Source: Raillietiella orientalis
Lineage: Eukaryota
Length of the DNA stretch: 64,000 nt
Assembly: GCA_036172245.1 (NCBI GenBank)
Contig: JAYWIR010000048.1
Location: 806,001-870,000, forward strand
Direction of reading: 5' to 3'
Shown: piece by piece, positions 26,741 to 39,780 of the stretch
How the letters are laid out: each line of letters opens with the position of its first letter
How positions within the stretch are numbered: the stretch's first letter is position 1
Program-made: the position numbers and the translations under genes
Notes under the pieces: generated by a model
The model's input: the letters and a program-made list of their open reading frames with translations, nothing else
The model's database searches: none
What the model was told of the DNA's origin: nothing

Positions 26741-28189
26741 TGCCTGAGGGGCGTTTCGATGCTCAGGTGCTTCTAGAGAGAAGTTTTGTTTTTCTTTTCT
26801 CTTGGACCGGGACTTTTGGTGGTCGCAGGAGACCAGCGGAAAAGCAGCAGCGGCAGCTCCGGACGCCCACATCTCGGTCACAAACGTCGAGGGCGCCGCT
26901 CCCGTGGCAGCCGCGCTTCCCCGCCGGAGGCTCGCTTCCGCCGCGCTCCATGGGCCACCTTCTTCTTGTTCCCCATGTTCCTCGTCTTGGCGACCAGCTT
27001 CCCGAGGTGTCCGCAAAGGTCTGCGAGATTCACGCGCGTGCGCTCGCCTCCCTCTTCGTCCTCTGCTTGCCGCCGTGGCGACAACAAGAGATGCTTGCCC
27101 TGGTCGTGGTCACAGTGTTCTCAGCGGTCGCTGAGGACATCAGATATGGCCGATGTCGGGGGAGAAAGCCAGCCTCTACTCAAGACTCTGGCAGCGGCTC
27201 GCGAGGGAAGTTTCCAGCGCCTTTCAAAGAGCACGAGGCTTCAGGATGCGGAAGCGGAGGACCCGCTAAGAGCGCAGCGTTCCTTCGCAGAGGAACCAAT
27301 CAAATCTACAGGGTGCAGCAGCAGGCGAGCCAAGAGCTTGCATTTCCACGTTGGCACTTCCAGGATTCCTCTAGGCGAATCTTCAAACCGAGTGCCTCCG
27401 TTTCTGCCGCGACTCAGCAGCCCGAAGGGGCTCTGATAGTTGCCCAAATCTCGCAGAGAAGTGAAATCTCGGGGTCGCCAGTCCGGCGTCTGCAGCGGAT
27501 TTCCTGCCGCAAAAACGAAGCCGCTACAGCCGCCGCGTTATTGGTGCGCGTGGACATTAGATTTCCAACGCTACGAGCGCTCCAGGATTCCAGGATCTGT
27601 TGCGGCATGTTTCATCATGCCCGGGGAACGTTGATCCGTTCAGGGAACCTCATGGTATGAGAAATTTCTAACAGTCCATCATTTTTTCTAATGATAAGAG
27701 CAAGCTGTTGCGCAAAGATCCATCACAGGAAAAGCAGTCCGTTCTTCAGTGAAGGAGATGTGAGAGCTCGATGATGATGGGAAGATTTTCCGGAGAGGAT
27801 GCCGTTGTGGAATCCACCTATCGGATTGCAACCTTCCTCCCGAGATGAGCAGCGGGTACGGGAATGCTCTCTCCTGCGGTTAGGAGCGCCGCCAGCTGAC
27901 CACTTCGTGGGTCTCACGCGGTACACGGAGTTGTGAAGTTCACGTGTGCCACGCTCGGCTCGCAGCCTCTCCAGAAGTCCAGTCGCCCTTTGACTCAGCG
28001 TGCCTGGGGTTCCCGCGCAAAAATCGAAGAGCTCGGTGCTCCGTCATCAAGCATCGCGTCCGATTTGTCAAGATGGACGCATTCCGCGACTCACCTTCGT
28101 GGTGTTTTTTTTTTTTTTTATCGGAAACGGCAAAGGATGGGTGAAGATAAACTGTGGCCGTGCATTCGATCAGTCAAGAGAACGCTCTA

Positions 28190-28620
28190 GGATGGCGTTG
28201 TCGACTGCGTGGCTGCTGCCTCCGCGCGTGGTGCCAACGGGCTCGAAATCCCCACGTGGAGAGTGGACGCCAAGAAATGGGGGGTGCGAGTCGCGGGTTT
28301 CGAATCCCCGCAAGATGACTCCTGTTGGCCTATTCCGGTGAGGCGAAGCCAGAAACTCCCGGACGCACCCCTCTGACTGGTCGGGATAGGAAGTTGACCC
28401 TCCGCGTTCCTTTCAGGAATGAGGGAGCTCTTCAGGGTCCCCCTCTGATTGTGAAGATGGCAAACCTGCATCGCGTGCCATGGGGCTAGCGGACTGACAC
28501 CTCCCCAGAGTGTCAAGGAGCTCGCTGTTCCCTACGGGGTTCTCTCCGGGAGCACACCAGGGCAAGAATTTTCTTACTGAGCGTGAGAGAAACTGTCCAG
28601 ACGCTGCTCCACGGAAAAAG
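28190..28620 (+). mobile_element. Internal post-RT fragment homologous to 17190-17640
   Basis: gttggcctattccggtgag...gttgaccct...cctttcaggaatgagggagctcttc aligns with 17330-17450. Confidence 0.65.
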
Positions 28621-28667
28621 CGTAGAGGCAGGCAATCTCCCTCCTGCAGAGTCTTCCTAGATTCGTT

Positions 28668-29900
28668 AGTCACCCAGATTTTCCAGGACATCTATTATTA
28701 AAATTTTGATGCAAAATTTTTTATAATGAAGTCGTCATTATTTTCACTTTCGTGGTAGCACTCTTGGTTCTACCACGCGCGGAAGACTTTCTAGAAACCG
28801 ATACGCAGACCGGTGAAATCCTCTCCGTAGACGGCAGGGGAGGGAATACCAGAAGAAAAATAAACAAAAACTAAACAAAATGGGTGGGAAATGCTTTTCG
28901 GGGAGGGGAGGGGAGAGATGGGGTCACAGACCGCCTGGAATGGTCTTCTGCATCCTGTTACGCTGACAAGTGCTGGATGGATGTTTCGGCCATCGGGCAT
29001 GAAGATTTCCGTCCAGTGGATGACACCCCTGCTGTTGCGACCTCTTCTCTTCGCGCTCCACCTTACCACGATTCCACGTAGACAGCAGAGAACTGCTAGA
29101 GAGGCGACGGGGGGTAAGGCGTCACTCAAGAAGAGGCGCCGGAAAATGTTTTTAGGGTCGCTTACCGGGATTTTGAGGACCGACGAGAGTCATCCCAAAG
29201 TGCACGGAAGGCGACGCAGTCCATTAGAAAATGCGGAAAGGTTTCCCTTTCGTCTCACTCTGCACACTGGGCATTCACACTACCCCGTGTCCAGTGGTAT
29301 AAGCGTGCTCTGCACGGGATTCCCCGGTGCAACAGTAGCAATTCCGTTTCTTGCCACTTCATTGGGACTGTCCCCACACGCTGGGGCCACTTCACCTCCT
29401 CCGGAGGTATTCCGACCAGAGTAGAAGTCCTTTTGGCGGGACACTCGGGGTCGCAGCGTCCACTAGCTGCCGAGTTGTGCACGCCTTCAATAGTTTTTTC
29501 CTGCCTCCGATGAGACAGGACACTTTCCACCTTGCCGGTTCGTTGCTCTCGTTAGCGTTTCTGGGAACACTGGCGCAAGAGGGATAAACGAAGCCCACAG
29601 CAGTTTGCGTGGGTTGATGATGATCTCCTTCAGGAACTGTCGAGCGTTCCTCCGTTTCCTCAGACAGGTGTATTCCGCCTTGCTCGAGTCGTTGATCTTT
29701 CCCCATACGGAAACCGACTCCTGAAGCCAAGCAATAGATTCGTAGGGTGGTCCCTCCGGCGTTGATCCCCAGTCTGAAGGGTAAACACGCGCTCTCGGGT
29801 GGTGTGGGCAGTGTCGAAGAGCTCTGTGACTCGTGACCGGCCAGGCGAACGGTTCTTCAGTACTTTGCGAACCGGAAAAAAAGAAATGTTTCAGCACGAC
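28668..29900 (-). mobile_element. 5'-truncated L1/Tx1-like element, family B
   Basis: IPPEEVKWPQRVGTVPMKWQETELLLLHRGIPCRARLYHWTRGSVNAQCAE; LCCLRGIVVRW; UTR hairpin at 28797-28814; terminal cctggaaaatctgggtg. Confidence 0.8.
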
Positions 29901-30759
29901 AATCCGCCTCGCTTCTTGGCATCCGACTGCCGCAACTTCTAAGGAAGTCCTCTGTGTTCCGGATGGAGCCTGGGAACCTCAGGTGTTTGCAGGCGGAAAG
30001 AGCAACCATCCTGAAGTTCCGAGTTATTGGTGACTTCTTTCTTCAGGGAATGGAAAAGAGAAGGATGCACGGGCAGTTTGCAGCGTTTTTTGAAGGGGAA
30101 GAGGAACCCGTCTCTTCTACTCAACTTTTTCTGTGGATTTCTGAGGCTCATTCATTCCGTGAGGACAATCTGGAATGGAAGGTCTGCGAATACCACGCGT
30201 TCCTTGCATTCTCTCCCGGCACGTCCGAGTAGGCGAATTTTCGAAAACTCTTGCACACCCGCGGGCTGTATCTTCCATCATTTTTTCTTTTGCCTCTTCT
30301 GAGCAGCGTCTTGCTGACGGCAGGGGGAAAGCAAAAGTCTTCTCCTAGACGATCGAACAGGGCCGCCGCGTGCACTGCCTTGCTTCTCTGGAAGACTGGT
30401 GCGGATGGGCACAGGTCATCCGCTCCGGTAGTGCGTCAACTGCCAGCGTCGAAGGAGAGCCAGGCGTGCAAGACGCTCGAAGGTGCGTGAGGAGACTTCG
30501 CAAGGGTCCCGAACCTTTCGCCAGGGGGCGAGAAACCTGGAGTGTCGCCTCTGAAGCGATAGGGCGTCGCGAACGTGGGTGCAAGAACACGACGGTGCAC
30601 TTCCGGGTTCGGTAGGAAGGAGGGAGCAAACGAAGCGTGGGGACACTCGAATGCCTCCCTTGTCAAAGAATAAATCAAAAAGTTTCCTCCTTGTACGGGT
30701 TCGGGACTGGTGCTTCCTTTCTGTTAGCAGGGGTTTAGCAGCTTGCCCCTCCTCGTCCC

Positions 30760-32666
30760 CCTACAAGAGAAGTTGATGTCCCACCGTGAGGTATTTTGGA
30801 CGCAGCCATCGTCGCGGTTGGTGTGAAAGTACAGTGTCACGGATCTTCCAGGCTTCCCTTGATCCTTTCAGCTTCACAGGTGATGCTGGCCAGCTTGCCG
30901 AGCACCTGGCCGGGCACGCCGCCCATGTCCGCTTACGCGGGTGACCTGTATCTCCTGTTGCCCGCGTCCACCCTGGCTGGAGTAAGGCTGCCGTGTGGGC
31001 GAGTGGGATGTGAGAATCAATCGGAAAAACAGTATGGTCGTCACCTTCGGTGCGACAGCGGGAAGGGTATTCTGACTGGGAATCCCTACGGGTAGGTACT
31101 CTAAGTATTTTGGAGTGCCGTCGGGTGACTTCTACGTTGCAGCAGCGTGGTTGGCCTGCCTTCAAAAGGCTCACTTGGCTCTCGGCTCGCTGTTCCTCGA
31201 CGGCAGGCTCGTCTCGCCAGAACACACCACCACCTGACACACTTTAGACGCTTCTCGCCTCGGCGCCTTGTTTTTTGCTTCCCCACCCCTCAATTCGGGC
31301 GCTAAGACTCCTGAGAAATGCCCTGTGAAGCGCTGCGAGGTCCTGGAAGATTCGCCTGAAGAGATTCGGTGGCGCCGGTCAGCATGGGGTTTTGACGGAG
31401 GGAAAATCGGACTTCTAATTCAGCCCCGAATGTTTGCGCCGTCTGCCAAATTGTGGGCTTCCCCATGATGCGCGCCTGCACGTCTCATCCTTCGGCGTTG
31501 CGTAGTCAGCGAAAGACCTTCATCGTTGCTGCCGCGCTGCTGCTACCGGATTCGGGGATTTGGCTTATCGCTGAAGCAGCTCACTTTGCTTAGGGAAGCC
31601 ATTCCATGGATCTCCTGCCTCCCGATAAACTCGAATACCTGGGGGACACTTTTGTGACCTGGGCTTTGACGTTAGGAATCAGGCCCAGAAACACTGCGGA
31701 CCTTCCAGAATCTTCCCGCTGGGAGATGTTCTGCAGAGCTCCTAGGAGTCTGCCCTCTTGGCCGCCACACCCGTTGCCGCAGCGCTGTCTGTCCAAAAGG
31801 CAAGCGACGACAGTTACCAAACGGCGGGGTGAGAGCTCTCCTGCACGACTGCAGGAGTCGAGTAAGTCCTCGACGGCTGCAAGAAGAGTACGAGGGCTGG
31901 TCAACGCTGCCATTTCTCGTTCCCGGAAGAAGGAGCTCTTTCAATGGAATGACCTCTCGAGTGTGCCCGCAGAAAACTTGCGGTCTGTCCTTTGTGCTCG
32001 AAGACTTTGGTGTTCCCCTTAAAGGTGGAAGAAAGAGGTGGCGCTGTTCCTTCACTGGGGCTTCCAGTGCAATTGGCGTATCGTCCCCTCATCTCCGGGG
32101 AGGTGCATCCCAGAAATGTTAGGCGTAGGGGTGGGTCGAATTGTTCCCGCATCTCTCAATGGATTGCGGTGCTCTCGAAGAGCTTCCTTCACCGTCGAGC
32201 ACTGGCAGCAGGTGGTTCTTCGAGCGTGGCGGCCTCTCGGCAGGAGCTGTGGTGCATCTGAGCCATCGTCATCGCCAACCACGTGTTGGCGTCTTCGGAA
32301 GCAGCGAAGAAAGGATTCCATGAAGAACGACTTCGCGTGCGGATGGCCGAAGCCAGCGAAAGGAGGCCAGCGGGTGGTCTCACCTGCAGAAGGACGGAGA
32401 TAGCCGGTATTCTGCACCGTTTCTGATTAGAAAGGAGCTTGAAATGCCAAAGGCCCCTGTCCCCATCTTCTCATGTTTTTTTTTTTTTTTTTGTCTATAG
32501 TCTCCCTTCCTTTCTCTCCGGACTACCCCAGCAAACGACCTGGAACCAGCAAACGCCTTGGTGGAACCTTCAAATGGACTTCTTTTGTGTCGGAAACTGT
32601 GTTCCCAACACTTGCACGTTTATGTTTTATGGAATCTACACCCTTGGCAGGGCTTCGCCGGGTGAT
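30760..32666 (+). mobile_element. Long decayed family-A2 L1/Tx1-like element retaining an RT catalytic-region relic
   Basis: SAYAGDLYL (YADD with D to G) at about 30927-30955, VRINRKNS (cf. GLxINxxKS), KYFGVP (cf. KYLGV) at about 31103; downstream WKKEVALFLHWGFQC zf-RVT relic; ends gccgggtga. Confidence 0.75.
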
Positions 32667-34589
32667 GCAGATCTTCAGCTTCGCTCTCCGGGTGAGGGCT
32701 AGAAACACGAGGATCAGGTTCACGGTTCGCATTCCCATCGTTCTTTTCCATGAGGAAATACTGGAAAGCCAAGATCTTCCGCCTTTCATCCGCTGCTTTT
32801 TTCACCCGTGAACGTGCGCACTTGACTCCACGCTTAGATCTTGCACATCCTCCCAATTTAAGAATCGACGACAGAAAGATGAATCTACGTTGCTACTGGC
32901 AGCATCTCGCAGCTCTTGGAATGCTTCGGACCGCTTACTCCAGGTTCTCAGATCCGTATGGGCTTCTGCGCTGCACCTCATTGCTGAGAAACCACCCTAA
33001 GCGAGATTTCAATTGCCCAGTGTGCTTTGGGAAGCGGCCACAGATCTGGGAAGCGGTTTCAGCGGAGCTCCTGAGGGATTTTCGCAGACCTGGAAGTAAA
33101 TCCGGATCCGTCGCAGGAAGTCCAGGGACGCTTGGTTTTCGGATTGCGAGCGACGCCTCGAACAAAGTGGAAACTCGGGCCGAAGGCAAACGCAGATTTC
33201 GGCAGATTCATCTCGTCTTCCAAAACAGTTGCTGATGAATGGAACCACTTCGTTTCTACACCCTGGCGCATTCTTCCAGCCATCTTTTGGTTCTGCCGCG
33301 AATCTGGCGGACTTGGGATCTACGCGAGAGTGAAGCCACATCGATCCATCCCCACGGACTCAAATCAAGAATGAGATCTTCCCGTGCGCTGCCGTGTAAG
33401 AGTTTATTATAAATAAAATGGTTGCTTCGGGAAGCCTGCGACATGCCAGGTTTCACGAGATGGAGAGCCGGTTCCTCTGCACCACTTGGCAGGGCTAAGA
33501 ATTCCCGAGTGCTGAGAAGGATCCGATTCGAGTAGATGGAGACATCCTTGAAAATGGAGGACGTGCCCGGCAGCACTCCAGCTGATTCGAAAAGCAGCTG
33601 CCTTGTCTGTTTGCTCCCGGGGAACATTCTCGAGTACAGTCGTTGTGAAAACCTATTTTTCTCTTCGAGGCTTTCAGCGATGGCGCAAACACGAGCGGGG
33701 TTACTCTCGGGTCGCTAAGCCTTTCAAAGAGCCTTTCCGGTGAGGCCGGTGGCTGGGAGTCAGAAGGAAGAACATCCATTGTTGATGACCCTCTTCTTGA
33801 AAGTGAAATCAAAGAAGCGTGATAACTGACTCGCACCTTCCCAAGACCAAAGCAGACATTATTTCAGATTCTGCGGATGTAAGCTCTTCACCGGAGCGCA
33901 GCCTGATGCTTGCGGGGAAGCCGAGAGGAATCTTCTCTGAAAACTGGCTACCCTGTTCCATGGAGTATCACGTGAAATCTCCACGCGGAACAAAGTTAGC
34001 AGCAGAGTGTGGAGTCCATCTACCTGGTGGACTCGACCGGGAAGCGGCGCACTTTGCCGAAGTCTTCCCGTTCTTCTGCGGACGCCAGGCGCCTCGGCCT
34101 CACAACTCTTGCGTACTTCTCACACCTTCTTGAACGTTCATCCATTTGCGAGATGAGACGCTGTTTTTTTCAGATGGAATGCGGATTTCCATCTTGCAGG
34201 TAGCCTATGGCAGCCCAATTTCGTTATTAATAATGGATGGCGGTTTGAGAAACTCTGCCACAACGTTATGCAAACTTTCCTAGTCATTCATATTTTTTCG
34301 GGTTCATCTGAAAGTTGGTAACTGGAATCGATTAAGAAGCAAGTTATGGTCAGCAGGATCGACTCAGACTCCGAGGAAAATGGTGAGCAGACCGGATACA
34401 GCGCGTGATAGTGGAGGCACCTGTACGGGATGCGCTTGCAGTATGCTCCTCCTCGGCTCCAGGGAGATCATTCTGAAAGAAGGAATTTCCAAATGAGCAG
34501 TGGCACTAAAGGTGATTCATCCACAGCCATCGACATCATGGCTACTACCACGCTCTTAAGAAATCTGGGGGAATTCCTGCTAACCAGCG

Positions 34590-35486
34590 GGCTGCCCGGA
34601 AAGCACGCTCTCCAAGCAAAGGGGTTGGCAAACACAAAGAAAAAATAAGAAAAAAAATTAGTCAGTCTACGTGCACGGGAGGAGGAGGAAAGGATCGCAA
34701 ATCCATTCTGGTTACCTCTGCACTCTTTGAAAGATGCCGGAAAGTGCCTCCTTAAGTCTCGTGCAGCCGCATCGTTGCCACACTCGAAAACGAATTAGCA
34801 ATCGAAGCAGCCTCCCTGTAGCTCTGGACCTCTTTTCGGAGTAGGTTCGTGGCACTTTCCTCACACTGGAAACGGGATGTGCCGCTGTTTCTGCAACGGG
34901 GCTGCGGGTGCAATCAACTTCGGCACCTCGTTTCCCGGGGGGTAGGGAAGTTGAGGTCCTCTTATTGTTGGAAGTGCAGGGAGGTCGAATCGTTCCCGCA
35001 GCTCTTGGCGGACCGTGGTGCTCTCGAAGAGTCGCCTCCATCGCACCGGGAAGACACCGCCAAAGACAGGCTGCGGACGGTTCTTCACGCGCGCCGGCCT
35101 CTTGGCTGGCGCCGAGGTGCATCTGCGCCATCGCCACCTCCCACCACCTGCTGGTATCTTCAGACGCGGAGCAGGGAGGTCACCCGCACGCCTCACAGCC
35201 GCTCTCAGATGGGCGACTTCACTGGGAAGACGAAGTCGAGTCTGAGACAGCCGCCGGCATTCTGCTTAGGTACCGAGCCGGAAGGAGCGTACACAGCCAA
35301 AGTTCCCTTTCCCCACTTTTCCTTGTCTGTTTATCTTCTGTCCCCTTCCCTCCTGCTCCGGACTGCTCCAGCGTCGGACCTGCACTTCGGTGAACTCCCT
35401 CAAGAACTTTTTGCTGTTTTTCCTTTGAAAACTGCGTTGTTTTCTTTTTTAAAATAAACGCTTCCGCGTGACCGGGTGGAAAACCG
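34590..35486 (+). mobile_element. Family-A element 3' end with a ~200-bp insert and an A2-type C-terminus/UTR
   Basis: HWKRDVPLFLQRGCGCNQLRHLVSRGVGKLRSSYCWKCREVESFPQLLADRGALEE; AATAAA at 35453, then cttccgcgtgaccgggtggaaaa. Confidence 0.8.
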
Positions 35487-37899
35487 TCTCACGAAGGCAG
35501 CAGCGGGCTGCGATGGCTGCGGTGGGTGACACTGCAGTTGACAACGTCTCTCGGGTTGCCCACTGGGAGACGAGGGGCAGAGCTAAACGTTCCCAAACAC
35601 ACCAGAAAGCAGCAGCGCAACCCACCACTAGCAGATGCAGGAAGGGTCCCACAGCACCGCGCCTGGCAAAGTTCCTCTTGGATGCTGTTGCCAAGGCTTG
35701 CACTTTGCCCGCGGTCGGTCAATGAGAAACAGGAGCATTCGAAAATGGAAAGAGGAATGAACTTCGCGTGTTCCATCCATCCAGAAGAAGATGCAAACCG
35801 GAAACTTCACGTCCTTGTACGGCTCCGAGGGTAGATCTCTTGCCATCTCCAGCATCCAGTGTGGAAACCATCGCATTTAAGGGGTGCATCGGACCTCGGC
35901 TGAATTCACTGAACGCTTTTTTGCATTGCCTGCAAGAGTCTTCTGGACATTGCTTGGTCCACTTTGATCCTGCTGGCTCGGGAACAGAGTGACATAGTTC
36001 ATTCACTGCAAACCCATCGAGGACGTATTTTATACCGCGGGGTATTTGACCAACGCCTGTCTAAAACCACTAGAAGAGCTGAAAGGTACATTCAAGTCCA
36101 CGAGCGAATCCAGCGCAATCAACAAGTTGGGAGATGGAAATCAAGAGAAAAGGTCGGTGGAAGAAGTGATCCGAAGTTCCTTTGCAGGAAGAAGAACGGA
36201 AAGATGCGGGAAGCTGCGGACGAGCAAGGTGCATCCGGAAGTATCTTTTTTTTCCTCCTCCATCCCAGGTGAGCTGATGTATTCGAGGCCGTTAGCTCAT
36301 CATTTTTAATAACTTTTCACCTGTCTTTCAAGAATGCATTACGGGAACACGGATCCCGGGAATAAATTGATGTTTTTTTAACAAAAGTCACTCCGTTCAG
36401 GAAAGATGGAAACTTCCCGGCACTTATGACAAGCGCTGAACTTGCTGGAGGATTTCCGGAGCCCGGAGCATATATCATTTCGGGGAAGCTGTGTTCCTTT
36501 GGTAAGTCAGAATCATCTCCCTGGAGGGAATAGGCGAGCGGGAGTTTCCCAAAGTGTGGGCTTCAGCACCTATTCATCATGGTAGCATTATTTGGCGGTG
36601 GAAGAGGGATTTTGCAAACGAACTCGCGCTTCGTATGACCTTCCTTCCCGTTTGAATATTTTCGTCCCCGTAATTTACGGGCATTTCGGTGGATTGCCCT
36701 GTTTCAGCAAGCGCTTCTCTGCAGCACAAAGGTCGCTTTCATCAGCAGTGCGTTCTCTCTCTCTCTCTCTCTCTCTCCTGATGACGATGATTTCGGGGAG
36801 TGATCCCCACTGTTTGTCCCCCTCTGCGTCCCGTGACAGCGAACGCTGCAGTAACCCGGCAGCGGAGGGCGCTGTCCTTCGTGCCCGAGGCCGCGCTTGC
36901 CATTCGGGAATTTGGGCCGGAAAATCCCCGAGCGAACGCCGCCGTTCCACGAGCCCTTCCGCTGGCGAACCGATTTTCGGGGACTGCCCGGAAGGGCTCC
37001 CTGCTTTTCCCGGCTGAAGACTGTTCCGTCCGAAGATGCCCTTCGCGGTTACAAAAATCGTGTCAAGGGCTGGCTGGCTGCCTTTGGTCAAAAAAAATGT
37101 TCCGCCCAAGTGTTTCGTCCCGGGGTCGTGGACTCTCACACGTGAAATGCATTTTTTCCCCTCCTTTGCCCCACTTATCAACGTGCTGCAAAGGAAATTG
37201 GGAATGCGTTTCCACGTTCGAGAGAGGGTAGGGGTCAGCCTCATTTGCGATTTTTCCCTCGGTCGAGTGTTCCGGTCGCGATTAGCACCAACTCAGCTGC
37301 TGCTGACGAATCGAAGGGTTACATTCCACTCGCGTTACACCGCCGTATTCGAAAATCCTGGTCCTCTTAGGAACGAATCCACGAGAGCCGCCTGGCTTGC
37401 ATAAGAAGGAAATCATTGAATCTCAAATGTGTTGTTATGGATACGCTAACAGCTTGTTAACAAGCTGTGTTGTTGACGTAACCACGGTTGCGCGAGCTGT
37501 AACCAAACCGTGGTGATTAAATGATTTTGACATAAGTGAAAGATTGGCGATTCATCTTCCGGAATTTATCGTGAGCGAGCTGCCCATCACTCCAAGTCCT
37601 CCTCTTGCGCAGAGGGAGAGAGGACGCGGAAAGGTGGTGGTGCCTTTTGCTCCGCTCTTCCCGGATGCGGGAAAATTAATCTCCCAAACAAAAACATGCG
37701 GAAATCTGAAAATAGTGGATGCAGAGAAATGGGCTACTTCTATAACTGCCGACTGACGTGCACTGGGAAGCATCCGCGGCAGTTTTGTCTGCGGAGAACA
37801 CGAAAGTCGCGTATGATTTGTGCTTGAGCATTTTCCCGGTTCCCTGGGAAGCACTGAAAAGTTTCCTGTCATCTTCGCTTTCCCCATCCAATTAAGAGC

Positions 37900-39780
37900 G
37901 TGTTCGCTTGCCGATGCAAGAACTGCGTACAATTAGGGAGGCTCCCCCCTTCATTGGGTGGGAGACACGGAACGCTCCTCCGAATGAACGCCGAGGACGT
38001 GACTGCAGTCCTCCGTTCGGGCAAATCCAACAGCTCTTCGGAGCGCCGATAAATGTTAATTGCAAGTTTCGTTCGTTAGAAGGCAGGGAATCTCATGCGC
38101 TCTTCCTCTTCTGGACCTCTCTCCCACTCTATAATGCTTCCCACCACGTGATGCCGGACTGCCATCTCGTTGCCCATAGCGCCGATCTCTCGCGATACTC
38201 CGCCCGCCGAATTCCCGCTCACGCCCCACAAGATCCTGGATCCTCGTTCAGCTCCACGCAAACCCAGCTCGCACCTTGGCTCGCAAGCCGACCACTTCGG
38301 TAAGCCCACCGGAAAGCAGACCAGTTCTCGATATCCACCCCTCCCAGAACCGCAGGATCGGACTGGAGGGGCACTTTGGACCCTCTTTGGCAAATTGCAG
38401 ACTGTCATTCGTGTTCTGCCACATCCTCCGGCGATGCTCTGGAAGCGCAGGACTTCTTTCGTCGCTACCGCGCTGCCGACAAAGGATGTCGGGATTTCGC
38501 TCTCCCCTGAGACAACCATCCTCATTATTGGAATCCCTGCCTTGGATCTCCTGCCTTCCCCAAACCGGGACTCCTGGCGGCAGGAGGCATTGGAGTCCTG
38601 CGGCTGCCACTCTGGAAGTGCGCCCAAAGGAACTTTGTCCTCTGCGGAACCTTTCATGCAAACCGCCAAGAGATGTCTTACAGGGCTGAGCTCAGCGGTC
38701 CCGGACAGCCGTCTCGCAGAGCCGCTTGCCCCCAGGACAAACGATGGCGGCAGCCGACCGCTGCAGGGCGGGAGTTCTGCTGTGCTACTGCAGGAGTCGG
38801 GGAGGTCCTCGACGGCTGCTAGACGAGAATGAGGGTTGGCGGACGGCGTCGGAAAAGGGCTGCCGGAAAGCACTCTCTCCTAGCGAAAGGTTAAATAAAG
38901 ATAAAGAAAAACTAAGAAAAAAAAAAATTAGCCAGTCTACGTGCACGAGAGGAGGAGGGAGGGGGAAGGGATCATAGTTTCGTTCAGGTCACCTCTGCAC
39001 TCTTTGCAAGATGCCGGAAAGTGCCTCCTTAGGACTCGTCAGGTGCAGCCATATAATTGCCATTCTCGAAAAAGAATTAGCGATCGACGCGGCCTCTGGA
39101 CCTCTTTTCGGAGTAGGTTCGTGGCACTTTCTCCACACTGGAAACGGGATGTGCCGCTGTTCCTGAACCGGGGCTGTGGGTGCAATCAACTTCGGCACCT
39201 CGTTTCCCGGGGGTCGAAGTGTGGAAGTTGAGGTCCTCTTACTGTTGGACGTGCGGGGAGGTCGAATCGTTCCCGCAGCTCTTGGCGGATCGTGGTGCTC
39301 TCGAAGAGTCGCCTCCAGCGCACCGGGAAGATACCGCCAAAGACTGGCTGCGATGCTCTTTCACGGAAGGCGCGCTTTGGGCAGGCGTTGTGATTGCGAC
39401 GAGCTGCTGAACCCGCGCCATAGTGACGGCCTGCTCAATGATGCAGTTTCGTTCGCAGTGCAAGGGGGACACTGGCATGGCAGCTACCTTGATGAGGATG
39501 GATGCGAGGCGGCCACGCCTGCAGGAACTATCCAGGGAGATCTCTAGCCTTCAGTGCTAATTCCAGGAAGAAAGGAGTGGTAGAACCCGAAACCACCCTG
39601 TCACTCCTCTTTTTTTTATTTGTTTATTGTCCCTTTCCTTCATTCCCTACTTCTTTAAAAGCCGGCCTGCGTGCCGATGGTCGTCCTCAATTACCTTATC
39701 TTGTTTCCTGGAGCCTCTTGTATTCAGGGGATGGCGTTCCCCTTATTTGTGGTTTATTTTTTAAATAAACGTACCCGGGA
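37900..39780 (+). mobile_element. Family-A element with post-RT region, the same ~200-bp insert and an A1-type C-terminus/UTR
   Basis: LWKRRTSFVATALPTKDVGISL (cf. FLW...VAW...PKxxGGLG); YCWTCGEVESFPQLLADR; UTR gccggcctgcgtgccgat; AATAAA at about 39764. Confidence 0.8.

Noticed and set aside
26740..27660. Longest ORF (306 aa) and other long ORFs such as 1063-1872, 38076-38873 and 53740-54462
   Set aside because: Arg/Ser/Pro-rich with no recognisable domain and overlapped by similar ORFs in several frames; typical of GC-rich decayed repeats or antisense frames.
33880..34050. SLMLAGKPRG...LPGGLDRE as NACHT Walker A and Walker B
   Set aside because: No GK[ST], and the spacing of about 35 aa is too short.
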